From contig CBDAFS010000062.1 of NCBI GenBank assembly GCA_965195285.1, positions 96,001-160,000 of the forward strand: 64,000 nucleotides of DNA, given 5' to 3'. The translations under genes and the position numbers were made by a program. Below the pieces are notes generated by a model. The model saw only the letters and a program-made list of their open reading frames with translations. It was not told the origin of the DNA and did not search any database. Of the stretch, positions 9,941-20,620 are shown one piece after another (within the stretch, counting starts at the first letter, position 1; the number at the start of each line of letters is the position of its first letter). This stretch comes from an uncultured Aminicenantes bacterium. Lineage in GTDB: Bacteria > Acidobacteriota > Aminicenantia > UBA2199.

Positions 9941-11203
9941 TCACTTCTTTATAGTCTGATCTCTTTTCATACCCACGGAAACATATCTGACCGGGATCCG
10001 GATGTACTCCTCTATGAACTGAATGTATTCCCTAGCTTTACCCGGTAGGTCCTGATAATTTCTACTGGCTTCGATATTTTCTTTCCAGCCGGAAAAGGAT
10101 TTCGAGACGGTTTTCACGTTTTCCAGGTACTCCAGAGATAGATCAAATATTTGATTTCTGACACCCTCATATTCATAATGGGTAACCACCCGAATCTCAT
10201 CAAAGTCATCCAAAACATCCAGTTTGGTTAAAAAGATCTCGTCAACTCCGTTCACCATAATGGCATACTTCAAGGCCACCAGATCCAGCCATCCCACCCG
10301 CCGGGGCCTGCCGGTAGTGGAACCGTATTCATTGCCCAGCTTCCTTAAATTGTTGGCTTCATCCTCGAACAATTCCGACGGAAAAGGTCCGCCTCCGACC
10401 CTGGTGGTATATGCTTTTGAAATCCCTGTGATTTTATCAACCGCTTTGGGTGACAGGCCGGTGCCGGTAAAAACCCCTCCTACCGTGGAGTTTGATGAGG
10501 TCACAAAGGGATAAGTACCCAGGTTTATATCCAGGAGAGCACCCTGAGCCCCTTCAAAAAGAATGGATCTTCCTTCTGAATACAATTGGTTTAATAAATA
10601 GGTGGTATTGAGGGTATATTTCTGTAAAAATGCCCCGGCCTCCAGATATTCATCCAAATAGGAATCAACCGCAATTTGCTCTCCGTCAAAATACTGCATG
10701 ATTTTATTGTAATAATCATTGAGTGATTTGACCTTCTTAGTAAAAACATCCCTATCCAGCAAATCACGAATGAGCAGGGCCCTTCTGCCCTTTAAATCCT
10801 CATAGGCCGGTCCGATTCCCCGCTTGGTAGTTCCGATCTTGACAAACCTGGAATTTTCAAAGATGACATCCAGTTTCTGATGAACCGGCAGGATCAGGGG
10901 TGCGGCAGCGCTCAAGAAGAGATTATCATCAGCCACCCTCAGATGGTGAAGATTCTTGATTTCTTTGACCAGTTGAATAGGATCCACCACCACCCCGTGG
11001 CCAATGACCGAGATGGTTTTAGAGGTAAAAACTCCGGAAGGCAACAGATGAAGAATTACTTTTTCTCCCTTATAAAAAATGGTATGACCGGCATTATGAC
11101 CGCCCTGATAACGCACCACCACATTGAAAAGATTGGCCAGATAATCAATGGCTTTACCCTTGCCTTCGTCACCCCATTGAAGCCCCAACACCACACCATT
11201 CAT
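9941..11203 (-). CDS. purA: Adenylosuccinate synthetase
   Basis: QWGDEGKGK, GGHNAGHT, GTTKRGIGPAY, EGAQG, TTGRPRRVGWLD, TKLDVL. Confidence 0.98.
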   Translation of the reverse strand: MNGVVLGLQWGDEGKGKAIDYLANLFNVVVRYQGGHNAGHTIFYKGEKVILHLLPSGVFTSKTISVIGHGVVVDPIQLVKEIKNLHHLRVADDNLFLSAAAPLILPVHQKLDVIFENSRFVKIGTTKRGIGPAYEDLKGRRALLIRDLLDRDVFTKKVKSLNDYYNKIMQYFDGEQIAVDSYLDEYLEAGAFLQKYTLNTTYLLNQLYSEGRSILFEGAQGALLDINLGTYPFVTSSNSTVGGVFTGTGLSPKAVDKITGISKAYTTRVGGGPFPSELFEDEANNLRKLGNEYGSTTGRPRRVGWLDLVALKYAIMVNGVDEIFLTKLDVLDDFDEIRVVTHYEYEGVRNQIFDLSLEYLENVKTVSKSFSGWKENIEASRNYQDLPGKAREYIQFIEEYIRIPVRYVSVGMKRDQTIKK

Positions 11204-11309
11204 ATTTTTCTCCTTTTTCCAGAACCTATTTTAACCTGTTAAAACCCAATCGAAAATGATTCCCGGATGCATTCCAATCCAGGCATCGGAATTTTAAAGA
11301 CAAATGTGA

Positions 11310-11338
11310 ATTGTATCAGAGAACCCATTACAATGCAA
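11310..11338 (-). promoter_or_regulatory. Probable sigma70 promoter of purA
   Basis: Minus strand TTGCAT-17 bp-TACAAT, about 100 nt upstream of the purA start. Confidence 0.6.
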
Positions 11339-11468
11339 CAGAAATGACCGAACTCAGTCTTGACTTCAATGCCGGTTAAATCCTCGGATTTCGACAAACT
11401 GGGATTTACCATGTCTGATTCCTTTATTTTTTTGGTAAAATATTCTATAATGCAAGCTGGAGGATTTA

Positions 11469-12701
11469 ATGCAGTTTCCCGACTTACTCAATAATTTTTT
11501 ACGCTATGTGAAAATCGACACCCAGTCAGACGAAGAATCAACATCTTTCCCTTCCACCAAAAAACAATTCGATCTGGCCACTCTTTTAAAACAAGAGCTT
11601 GAGGAAATGAAACTGGAGAATGTGAAAATCAACAAATGGGGGTATGTTTTTGCAGCCCTCAAAACCAATCAGAGCAAAAAGACACCAACCATTGCCCTCA
11701 TTGCACATCTGGATACCTCCCCGGATGTTTCGGGTAAAAATGTAAAGCCCAAACTCCATAAAAATTACCAGGGTCAGGATGTCATGCTATCTTCAAAAGA
11801 CAATATCATCTTAAAACTGAAGGAAAACCCCTATCTGAAAAAACAAATCGGAAAAACCCTGATTACCACCGATGGGTCTACACTGCTTGGAGCAGACAAC
11901 AAGGCCGGGATTGCGGAAATCATGAGCGCAGTGAATTATCTGAGAAAAAATCCTGGAATCCCCCGACCCAATATTCAGCTATTATTCACTCCCGACGAGG
12001 AAGTCGGCAGGGGAACCGAGAAGCTGAACTTGAAGGATCTAAAAGCAGATTATGCCTATACCATAGACGGAGAAAAACTGGGTGAGATCGAAGATGAAAC
12101 TTTCTGTGCCGACACAGTGGTTATCACCGTCACCGGAGTGAATGTCCATCCGGGGTATGCCAAAAATAAGTTAATCAATTCCATAAAAGTAGCTTCCGAA
12201 ATACTTGAGCGATTTCCAAAAACCTCCATGTCACCGGAAACCACCGAAAAAAGAGAGGGTTATATTCATCCCTACACAATATCCGGGGGAGTCGAAGAAA
12301 CGGTCATAAAGGTCCTGATTCGGGATTTTGGGGAAAGCGGATTGAAAGAAAAGGAATCCCGATTAAAAAAGATCATCGATTCGATAGCCAAAAAACACCC
12401 CAAAGCTTCCATTGGTTTTAAAATCATTGAATCCTACCGAAACATGAAAAGTATACTGGACAAATATCCCGAAGTCCTTGAAAAAGCAATCGATGCTATT
12501 AAACTTGCCGGAATTAAACCGGTTAAAAATATCATCAGAGGCGGAACCGATGGCGCCAGACTGAGTTTTATGGGATTGCCCACTCCCAATTTATTTACCG
12601 GCGGCCTGAATTTCCACTCCCGTTATGAATGGATCACTCTGGAGGACATGCAGAAGGCAACAGAAGTCATCATCCAGCTCATGAAACTCTGGTCACAATA
12701 A
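11469..12701 (+). CDS. pepT: Peptidase T (M20B tripeptide aminopeptidase)
   Basis: FLRYVKIDTQS, AHLDT, LGADNKAG, PDEEVGRG, HPGYAK, RGGTDGA, NFHS. Confidence 0.97.
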   Translation: MQFPDLLNNFLRYVKIDTQSDEESTSFPSTKKQFDLATLLKQELEEMKLENVKINKWGYVFAALKTNQSKKTPTIALIAHLDTSPDVSGKNVKPKLHKNYQGQDVMLSSKDNIILKLKENPYLKKQIGKTLITTDGSTLLGADNKAGIAEIMSAVNYLRKNPGIPRPNIQLLFTPDEEVGRGTEKLNLKDLKADYAYTIDGEKLGEIEDETFCADTVVITVTGVNVHPGYAKNKLINSIKVASEILERFPKTSMSPETTEKREGYIHPYTISGGVEETVIKVLIRDFGESGLKEKESRLKKIIDSIAKKHPKASIGFKIIESYRNMKSILDKYPEVLEKAIDAIKLAGIKPVKNIIRGGTDGARLSFMGLPTPNLFTGGLNFHSRYEWITLEDMQKATEVIIQLMKLWSQ

Positions 12702-12740
12702 ACGGAGGAGTTATTGATTTTCCTTCTGTAGAGGTAAAAA

Positions 12741-14228
12741 ATGAATAATGCAATCAACCATATCAAAAATTCCATTGCGTCAGGTCAACCCATTCTTCAA
12801 ATCGTTTCCTATGAAGAAAAAAGAGTTGAAAATTATATGGCCAAAATCGCCGAACAGGTGCTAAAAACTGACAACCTCCTGTTCTGGGATATCAACAATG
12901 GCATCATGGAAAACAACCAGACAGTCAATCAAACCCAGGATCCGGTTCGGGCCATTGACTATTTCATGAATAAAAATACCGACGGAATCATTATCTTCAG
13001 GGATTTGAACCCCCTGATCCGTCAATCACCGGAGATCATCCGAAAACTAAGAGAGGCTTATAAAAAATTAACGAACTCCAAAAAACTGATTATCCTGCTC
13101 TCGCCGGATGGCTACTTTCCCGACAGCATCAAAAAGGAGATCGATATCATCCATTTCGATCTTCCAGATTATGATGAGCTTAAAAATTTATTCTTCAAAT
13201 TTCTGGATTCAATGGAAAAATCCGGGCGCCGTATAAACCTGGATGAAAAGCAAAAAAAGACTTTTATCATAGCGGCCCAGGGGCTGACTCTCGATGAAGC
13301 ATACCGGGCCTTCATGAAAGCCTTTCAGGGGCAAAACAGCATTTCCATTGACCTGGTGAACAAGATCCATCTGGAAAAAAAGCAGCTGATTCTGAAGGAA
13401 GGTGTACTCGAATACTACCCCCATAAATTCACCATGAATGACATGGGGGGACTGGACAATTTGAAAGACTGGCTGAAAAAGAGAGAACGGGCGTTTTCCA
13501 AGGAGGCAAAACAATTCGGGCTGGAAAGACCCCGGGGCATGCTGACCATGGGAATCTCGGGATGCGGAAAAAGTCTTTCATCCAAGATCGTCGCTTCATT
13601 GTGGGATCTGCCCCTGTTCAGGTTGGACATGAACCTGGTGTATTCGGGTATGGGAGGTTCTCCGGAATTGGCCTTCTCCAGAGCTCTGAAAACCATGGAT
13701 TCAGTGGCTCCGGCCATATTGTGGATCGATGAAATCGAGAGTGGCATCACCGACAAACATACAGATAGTGAATCATCCAGGATTCTCGGATATTTTCTAA
13801 CCTGGATGCAGGAACACACCTCTGAAATATTTATTGCGGCCACAGCCAACCGTATCGATATGCTACCGGCCGAGATATTGAGAAGGGGACGGTTTGATCA
13901 GATTTTTTTCATTGACCTGCCCACTCGAAATGAGCGGGAAGAAATTTTCACCATTCACTTGCAGGACAAGGGCAATGATATCAGTCTTTTTAATATTCCC
14001 CAGCTGGCCCAGATCACAAAAGGGTGGTCCGGAAGTGAAATAGAACAGGTTATCATTTCGGGGATGTATGAAGCATTCAATAAAAACCGCAAGCTCAACG
14101 AAGATGACCTGTTTGTGATTTTCGGAAATTCAGTGCCCCTGTCAACCACCATGGAAGAGCAGATAAAGAAAATCCGCAGCTGGGCACATAAACGGGCTGT
14201 GAATGCCTCCAAAGATAAAGAATATTAG
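12741..14228 (+). CDS. AAA+ ATPase, Ycf46-like (degenerate N-terminal AAA-like domain plus active C-terminal AAA)
   Basis: MGGLDNLKDWL, Walker A GISGCGKS, Walker B LWIDEIE, ATAN, LRRGRFD. Confidence 0.85.
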   Translation: MNNAINHIKNSIASGQPILQIVSYEEKRVENYMAKIAEQVLKTDNLLFWDINNGIMENNQTVNQTQDPVRAIDYFMNKNTDGIIIFRDLNPLIRQSPEIIRKLREAYKKLTNSKKLIILLSPDGYFPDSIKKEIDIIHFDLPDYDELKNLFFKFLDSMEKSGRRINLDEKQKKTFIIAAQGLTLDEAYRAFMKAFQGQNSISIDLVNKIHLEKKQLILKEGVLEYYPHKFTMNDMGGLDNLKDWLKKRERAFSKEAKQFGLERPRGMLTMGISGCGKSLSSKIVASLWDLPLFRLDMNLVYSGMGGSPELAFSRALKTMDSVAPAILWIDEIESGITDKHTDSESSRILGYFLTWMQEHTSEIFIAATANRIDMLPAEILRRGRFDQIFFIDLPTRNEREEIFTIHLQDKGNDISLFNIPQLAQITKGWSGSEIEQVIISGMYEAFNKNRKLNEDDLFVIFGNSVPLSTTMEEQIKKIRSWAHKRAVNASKDKEY

Positions 14229-14240
14229 TTTTTGGTACTC

Positions 14241-17018
14241 TTAAATACGGGCCGGACGCCGGGGCATAACCCTCAACTCTTTGGCCTTTTTCTGACGTTC
14301 CTGGTCAATTAAACGGGATACTTCCTGGATCAGATCATCACCATATTTTTTCAGTGTCTTGGTGATAAAATTCTTATCGATTTCTTCATAGGAAATTCCT
14401 TTTGACTTGGCAACCTCCATCAAAAAAGTCAGGGCTTTGGTCTGGATCAAGGTATCCGGATTCAGCGAAATGGAATCAATCCCTTCTTCCACCAGAAAAG
14501 CGGTAAAAGAGGGGAAATCAGACGGAGCCTGACCACAGATTCCCACCGTGCATCCATTGCGGTGTGCCACTTCAATCAATTGGGAAATCATTCTTTTTAC
14601 CGCGGTATTTCGTTCATCATAAATGTGGGATAGAAGCTCGGAATCCCGGTCCAGACCCAGGGTCAATTGGGTCAGGTCATTGGATCCGATTGAAAAACCA
14701 TCAATAATCTTGCTGAATTCATCGGCCAGGATGATATTGGCCGGGATTTCAGCCATGCAATACAGCTCCAGCGGTGAATTCAAGGGTTCTCCCCTGACCA
14801 AGCCCTGCTCACTCATTATTTCGCTGACTTTTGTCCCTTCTTCCGGAGTGCGGCAGAATGGCAGCATCACCATCACATTGGACAATTTCATCTCACTGCG
14901 CACCTTGGCTATGGCCTTACATTCCAGAATAAAGGCTGCCTGGTAACGTTTATCATAGTATCGGGAACAGCCGCGCCAACCGATCATGGGGTTGGATTCC
15001 CGGGGTTCGAATAACTTTCCGCCGATGAGGCTGGCGTATTCATTGGATTTGAAATCCGATAGCCGGATAATCACCTTTTCGGGATAAAAACCCGCGGCAA
15101 TTCGGCCGATGCCAAAGGCAAGTTTATCGATGAAATACTGGGTCTTGTCCATGTAAGTAGCGGTCAAACTCTCTATTTGAAGGCCGACCTTTCGGGCATA
15201 TTCCAGCAATCCCTTCTGGTGACCCAGAAGTTCAAGTACCCCGTAATGGACCAGGGCCAGCGGATGAATCTGGATATGGGAATTGATGATAAATTCCTCC
15301 CGGGCCAGCCCCACCCCATCATGGGGCAGCAATCCGGCTGAAAATGACTGTTCCGGGATCCCGATATTCAACATGACCTTGGTTTTGGTTTTGGGGACCC
15401 TGGAAGGATCCAGCTTGCTGATTTTATAGGGAAGTATTCCGTCATAGATCAATCCCTGACCTTCGCTGCAATCGACCGTAACCTTTTGCCCGGGCTGCAG
15501 AACCTGGGTGGCATGACCGGTTCCAATCACACAGGGTATCCCGATTTCACGGCTGACAATCGCCGCATGGCAGGTCCGCCCCCCCCTATTGGTTATGATG
15601 GCCGAGGCCACCTTCATGATTGATTCCCAGTCCGGGTTGGTCATATCGGTAACCAGAACCTCATCCGGAACAAATTCACTGATCTTGGAGAAATCTTCAA
15701 TAATATTGACCGCTCCCTGGCCGATTCGGTTTCCCACTGCTTCACCTTCCATGATGGGTTTATCGGGACGTTTCTGCATCTGGAAGATTTCGGTTGAGGT
15801 TTTGGTAGAATGAACGGTCTCGGGACGTGCCTGAACAATATATATCTTTCCGGACAATCCGTCCTTGGCCCATTCTATATCAATAGGCTGGCCGTAATGC
15901 TTCTCAATAACCAGGGCCCATTCGGCCAGTTTCATGATCTCTTCAGGCTGCAAGCAAAAACTCTTGCGCTGGTGAACCGGCACAACTTCCTCTTTCACAC
16001 CCCCGTCATCCCCATATACCAGTTTTACATCTTTCATGCCGGGTTTTTCATCAATCACCGTTCGGGTGGGCTTAAAGACATAATGCTGATCCGGATTTAC
16101 CCTTCCCTGAACCACATATTCCCCCAGGCCCCAGGCAGCAGTGATATACACCACATCCTGAAATCCCGATTCCGTATCAATGGTAAAAATCACACCACTG
16201 TAGGCCAAATCACTCCTGACCATCAATTGAACGACTACAGAAATACCCACTTTCAAATGATCGACAGCCTGGATAACGGACAGATGATAGGACTCGGCCT
16301 TTTCATCCCGGTTCCGATGGGCTTCCCTGGCTTTTTTCAGCTGGGAATAACGGACATCCTCCCGATAACTGATGGCCCGATTGGAAAACAACGAGGCAAA
16401 ACAATCCAGACAGGCTTTTTTAACCGTTTCCAGGCCCGAGATATTCAGATAGGTATCCTGCTGGCCGGCAAAAGAAGCATCGGGCAAGTCTTCGGCTGTG
16501 GCACTGGAACGAACCGCCAGAGAGGGCATCTCCAGCCCGGACTCCTGACACAATTGCCGGTAGGCTTCTCCCAGCTGCTGGGACAATTCATCCGGAAAAG
16601 GGGCCTGGGAAATCTGTTCCCGAATCAAGCCCCCGCATTTAATCAGTTCCAATTGAAAAGACCGGTTGGCCTCCTCATAGGCTTTTTTGAATGCTTTGGG
16701 AATCTGATTTTCGCTTTTTTGTTTTTCGGTTTCCAGGGTTTCCTTGGCTGACTGCAGTTTTTGAAACGCCTCGCTAACTTTATGCACTTCCTTCTTAATG
16801 AACCCCCGGAGCCCCGGAGATTGGTCAATAAACAGATTATAACCATTCACGGTGATGGCAAAACCATCCGGGACCTCCACACCCATTCCCTGAAGCTGAC
16901 TGATCATTTCCCCCAGGCTGGCCGCCTTCCCCCCCACCAGGTTCACATCATTTTTCCTGATCTCGCGAAACCATAAAACATAACGGTTTGTCTTTGATTG
17001 ATCGGATTCTGCCTTCAT
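14241..17018 (-). CDS. ppsA: Phosphoenolpyruvate synthase (pyruvate, water dikinase)
   Basis: VGGKAASLGE, VRSSATAEDLPDASFAGQQDT, DIEWA, QARPETV, TCHAAIVSRE phospho-His, SIGSNDLTQ, GICGQ. Confidence 0.97.
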   Translation of the reverse strand: MKAESDQSKTNRYVLWFREIRKNDVNLVGGKAASLGEMISQLQGMGVEVPDGFAITVNGYNLFIDQSPGLRGFIKKEVHKVSEAFQKLQSAKETLETEKQKSENQIPKAFKKAYEEANRSFQLELIKCGGLIREQISQAPFPDELSQQLGEAYRQLCQESGLEMPSLAVRSSATAEDLPDASFAGQQDTYLNISGLETVKKACLDCFASLFSNRAISYREDVRYSQLKKAREAHRNRDEKAESYHLSVIQAVDHLKVGISVVVQLMVRSDLAYSGVIFTIDTESGFQDVVYITAAWGLGEYVVQGRVNPDQHYVFKPTRTVIDEKPGMKDVKLVYGDDGGVKEEVVPVHQRKSFCLQPEEIMKLAEWALVIEKHYGQPIDIEWAKDGLSGKIYIVQARPETVHSTKTSTEIFQMQKRPDKPIMEGEAVGNRIGQGAVNIIEDFSKISEFVPDEVLVTDMTNPDWESIMKVASAIITNRGGRTCHAAIVSREIGIPCVIGTGHATQVLQPGQKVTVDCSEGQGLIYDGILPYKISKLDPSRVPKTKTKVMLNIGIPEQSFSAGLLPHDGVGLAREEFIINSHIQIHPLALVHYGVLELLGHQKGLLEYARKVGLQIESLTATYMDKTQYFIDKLAFGIGRIAAGFYPEKVIIRLSDFKSNEYASLIGGKLFEPRESNPMIGWRGCSRYYDKRYQAAFILECKAIAKVRSEMKLSNVMVMLPFCRTPEEGTKVSEIMSEQGLVRGEPLNSPLELYCMAEIPANIILADEFSKIIDGFSIGSNDLTQLTLGLDRDSELLSHIYDERNTAVKRMISQLIEVAHRNGCTVGICGQAPSDFPSFTAFLVEEGIDSISLNPDTLIQTKALTFLMEVAKSKGISYEEIDKNFITKTLKKYGDDLIQEVSRLIDQERQKKAKELRVMPRRPARI

Positions 17019-17153
17019 CGACGGCTCCTTATGGACTGTTTTAAAAAGAGCAAATTTCGATCATGCTCATAGTCCCATTTTAAAAAAAAACAAAAAACAT
17101 GTAAAGGGAAATAAAATTTCTCTGAAACATTCGTTGTTAAAAATGATTGAAGC

Positions 17154-18524
17154 TCAAATATGAATTGAAAAATTCCCAACCGAACCCAGGGCTTCCCAGA
17201 TATTCTCACCCAGGGTAGGATGGATGAAAACAAGTTCTTTAAAATCGCCGGCCTTCATCTGGTGAGAGACCGCATGGGTCAGTAAAGGCATCAATTCGGC
17301 GGCTTCCGAACCCACGATATGGGCGCCGATGATGGTATTCCCAAGGTCGGTTACCACTTTTACCAATCCCTGCTTGTCATCAATGGCATTGGAACGGGAG
17401 CCGGCCGAATAGGGAAACCGGGCTATTTTAATTTTTATCCCCCTTTGGTTGGCTTCGTTCTCGGTTAAACCGACCGAGGCGATTTCCGGAAAAGTAAAAA
17501 CAGCTGACGGAACCGTCAAATGACTCACCTTTTTCTTTTCAGTAATAAAATCCACAATGGCCATGGCCTGATGCGAGGCTTTGTGAGCCAGCAGGGGCGG
17601 TCCGACCACATCGCCGCAAGCAAAAATCGTTTCCACATCGGTCTGTAAATTCTTGTTCACAGAAATGTACCCTTTCGGATCTTTTTTTACAGCCAGGGAC
17701 CCGGCAAAGATTTGATCGGTAACCGGTGTTCTTCCCACAGAAACCAGAACTTTCTGAAATTGCTCCTCCCAGACTTTCTGATCCTGTTTGAAACTGAAGT
17801 GAATTCCATCCTTTTGAACCCGGGTCGCTTCAACTCCGGTTGAAGTATGGATAACGATTCCCTGTTTTTTCAATTCCTTGAGCAGGATACCGGAAAGTTC
17901 GGTATCGGTTCCGGGCAGGATATGATCCAGTATTTCGACCACGGTTACCTCAGCGCCCAGGTAGCCGTAAATGATCCCCATCTCCAATCCGATCGCTCCG
18001 GCTCCGATCACCAGCAGCTTGGCCGGTATATCGTTCAGCTCGAGAGCGGTATCCGAATGAATAATCATCTGGTTGTCAAATTTCAAAAATGGAAGTTCGG
18101 CTGGCTTTGAACCGGTGGCAATCACGATATTCCGGCTGTTTATTTCAAGTTCCCCATTGATAACCAATTTATCCGGGGCAATGATTTTCCCAATGCCCTT
18201 GATCAACTCGACCTGGTTTTGTTTGAAAAGATGATCTATCCCCCGGGTTAATTTTGACACCACCCGGTTCTTCATATCCAGCATTTTACAAGTCTCTATT
18301 TCCATCTCACCGGTGTGTATTCCCCATTTAGAAGCATCCCTTATCTGTTTGATGAATTTTACTGAATGAAGCAGGATTTTGGTAGGAATACAGCCCCGGT
18401 GCAGACAGATCCCCCCCAATTCCTGCTTCTCTATCACCGCGGTTTTCAGACCTTTTTTAGCAGCCGCAATTGCTCCTTCATAGCCTGCAGGGCCGCCGCC
18501 CAGAAAAACAATATCATAGACCAT
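17154..18524 (-). CDS. lpdA: Dihydrolipoamide dehydrogenase
   Basis: GGGPAGY, GGICLHRGCIPTK redox disulfide, GAGAIG, HPTLGE; GGAGGA RBS before ATG 18524. Confidence 0.95.
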   Translation of the reverse strand: MVYDIVFLGGGPAGYEGAIAAAKKGLKTAVIEKQELGGICLHRGCIPTKILLHSVKFIKQIRDASKWGIHTGEMEIETCKMLDMKNRVVSKLTRGIDHLFKQNQVELIKGIGKIIAPDKLVINGELEINSRNIVIATGSKPAELPFLKFDNQMIIHSDTALELNDIPAKLLVIGAGAIGLEMGIIYGYLGAEVTVVEILDHILPGTDTELSGILLKELKKQGIVIHTSTGVEATRVQKDGIHFSFKQDQKVWEEQFQKVLVSVGRTPVTDQIFAGSLAVKKDPKGYISVNKNLQTDVETIFACGDVVGPPLLAHKASHQAMAIVDFITEKKKVSHLTVPSAVFTFPEIASVGLTENEANQRGIKIKIARFPYSAGSRSNAIDDKQGLVKVVTDLGNTIIGAHIVGSEAAELMPLLTHAVSHQMKAGDFKELVFIHPTLGENIWEALGSVGNFSIHI

Positions 18525-18552
18525 GCTTCCTCCCAGAATTCTCAAGCCGGAA

Positions 18553-19263
18553 TCATTTGATCAACAAGATCATTCTCTTGACTGCCTCTCCAAGTCCCAA
18601 GAAAGTGGCATTGGAAATAATAGAATGCCCGATATTCAATTCTTCAATTTCGGATATGCTGACAATGGGAGTCACATTTTGATAGGTCAGGCCATGTCCG
18701 CCGTAGATCCTGAGGTTTAATTTTTTAGCATAACCCACTGCTTTCTCGATTTTTTCAAGTTCCAGCTTGGCATAACTGTTATTCCAATTTTTAGCGTACT
18801 CACCGGTATTGATTTCAATAATACCGATTCCCAGCCGGTGAATGGCCTTGATCTGATCGATATCGGGATCGATAAACACGGATACCTCCAGGCCGGCTGC
18901 CTTTAAATTTCCGGCTACCTCCTCCACTCTGTCTCCGTACATCATCACATCGAGGCCACCGGTGGTGGTAACCTCTTCGGGAGTCTCCGGCACCAGTGTG
19001 CAAATATCGGGCTTGTGACGGAGCGCGATTTTAACCATTTCCATTGATACGGCCATTTCCAGGTTCAGTTTGGTTTTAACTATTTTTCTCAACAACTCAA
19101 CATCCTGTTCCTGAATATGTCGGCGATCCTGTCTCAGGTGAACCGTGATCCCATCTGCACCGGCCAGTTCAGCAATGGCCGCCGCATAGACCGGATCCGG
19201 TTCATTGGTCATCCTGGCCTGCCTCAGGGTAGCAATGTGATCGACATTAACCCCTAATCTCAT
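18553..19263 (-). CDS. pdxJ: Pyridoxine 5'-phosphate synthase
   Basis: LGVNVDHIATLRQAR, HLRQDRRHI, TTTGGLD, GHGL, NIGHSI. Confidence 0.98.
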   Translation of the reverse strand: MRLGVNVDHIATLRQARMTNEPDPVYAAAIAELAGADGITVHLRQDRRHIQEQDVELLRKIVKTKLNLEMAVSMEMVKIALRHKPDICTLVPETPEEVTTTGGLDVMMYGDRVEEVAGNLKAAGLEVSVFIDPDIDQIKAIHRLGIGIIEINTGEYAKNWNNSYAKLELEKIEKAVGYAKKLNLRIYGGHGLTYQNVTPIVSISEIEELNIGHSIISNATFLGLGEAVKRMILLIK

Positions 19264-19264
19264 T

Positions 19265-20620
19265 TCACTCTCCTATGTTTGACTTTATTAGGTCCACAAA
19301 TTTATGTAAATTTTCACTGATTATTTGCTCATGCTTGGATTCCATCATGACGCGTATCAGGGATTCGGTTCCGGAATACCTGATGACCAGCCGGGAACTA
19401 TCACCGTATCGGTGGTTAAATCCATCGATCAATCGATTCAACTCATCCCAGTTCCGAAGTTCCCGCTTTTTTTTGATGGGGATGTTTTCGGTAACCTGGG
19501 CCTGGGGGACGATCAATCGGCGCACATCCCCGATTTTCATGTCCAGAATCATTAACGCCCGGAGGAATAAGAGAGCAGTCAGGATACCATCCCCGGTCTT
19601 CTGAAAATTCCTGAGAATAATATGACCGGACTGTTCTCCACCCAGGACCGCATTTCTCTTTTTCATTTCCTCATATACCAACCGGTCTCCGACCCCGGTT
19701 CTGACCAATTCAATGCCCCTCTGTTTTAAGGCCATTTCCAGTCCCAGATTGGACATGATCGTACCCACAACAGTTTTGTTGAAATCCGGGTTGGTGTTAA
19801 GCAGCAAATCCGAAATCATGACCAGGGCATAATCCCCATCCAGCTCAAATCCCTGATTGTCCAAGAAAATTACCCGGTCTCCATCTCCATCAAAGGCGAT
19901 CCCCAGGTCAGTTTTGTCCGATACAAGCCTGGTTTTCAACTTCCGAAGATCAGTGGAACCGCAGTTATCATTTATGTTCCGACCGTCGGGCTGAGTGTTT
20001 ATTATGGTCATATCCAGGCCGGTTTCACAAAAAACCAAGGGTGCAATTTCGACAGTTGCCCCATGGGAACAATCCAGGACACATTTCAGTTTCAATGTAT
20101 CCAAGTCGACGGACTGATCCAGCAAAAACTGTCTGTACTCCTGGGTATGGGCACGGGGTAAATCACGAATAGGATCCTCCCTGCTCTGTTCTCGTTCTGG
20201 CTTCTCATTTCCATACCGTGAATAAAAGGCGTCCTCAATACGACCTTCCTGTTCCCCGGAAATCTTTTCACCATTGGCCTGGAATATCTTGATCCCATTG
20301 TCATGGAAGGGATTATGGGAAGCGGTGATCATGAGACCATAATCAAAATCGGAATGGCCCAGCAAATAGGATAAACCCGGGGTTGGGATGACACCACAGG
20401 AATAAACCTCAGCCTGATCTGCCATACCGGCAGCAATGGTGCTTTCAATATATCGGCCTGATTCTCGGGTATCCCTTCCCATCAGAATTTTTTTCCCTTG
20501 CCAGAGATTGGCCAGGATGGAACCAAGGCTTATCAACGCATGCTGATCAAATGGAAATTCTCCGAATCTCGAGCGAATTCCATCGGTCCCAAAAAGTTTC
20601 TTTTTATTTCCGCTGATCAT
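19265..20620 (-). CDS. glmM: Phosphoglucosamine mutase
   Basis: LFGTDGIR, TASHNP phospho-Ser, DGDGDR, GGEQSGH, RYSGTE. Confidence 0.96.
   Translation of the reverse strand: MISGNKKKLFGTDGIRSRFGEFPFDQHALISLGSILANLWQGKKILMGRDTRESGRYIESTIAAGMADQAEVYSCGVIPTPGLSYLLGHSDFDYGLMITASHNPFHDNGIKIFQANGEKISGEQEGRIEDAFYSRYGNEKPEREQSREDPIRDLPRAHTQEYRQFLLDQSVDLDTLKLKCVLDCSHGATVEIAPLVFCETGLDMTIINTQPDGRNINDNCGSTDLRKLKTRLVSDKTDLGIAFDGDGDRVIFLDNQGFELDGDYALVMISDLLLNTNPDFNKTVVGTIMSNLGLEMALKQRGIELVRTGVGDRLVYEEMKKRNAVLGGEQSGHIILRNFQKTGDGILTALLFLRALMILDMKIGDVRRLIVPQAQVTENIPIKKKRELRNWDELNRLIDGFNHRYGDSSRLVIRYSGTESLIRVMMESKHEQIISENLHKFVDLIKSNIGE

Noticed and set aside
15810-16751. 313-aa plus-strand ORF
   Set aside because: Wholly antisense to ppsA, with no recognisable motif; a shadow ORF. 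The same applies to the many short antisense ORFs in the track.
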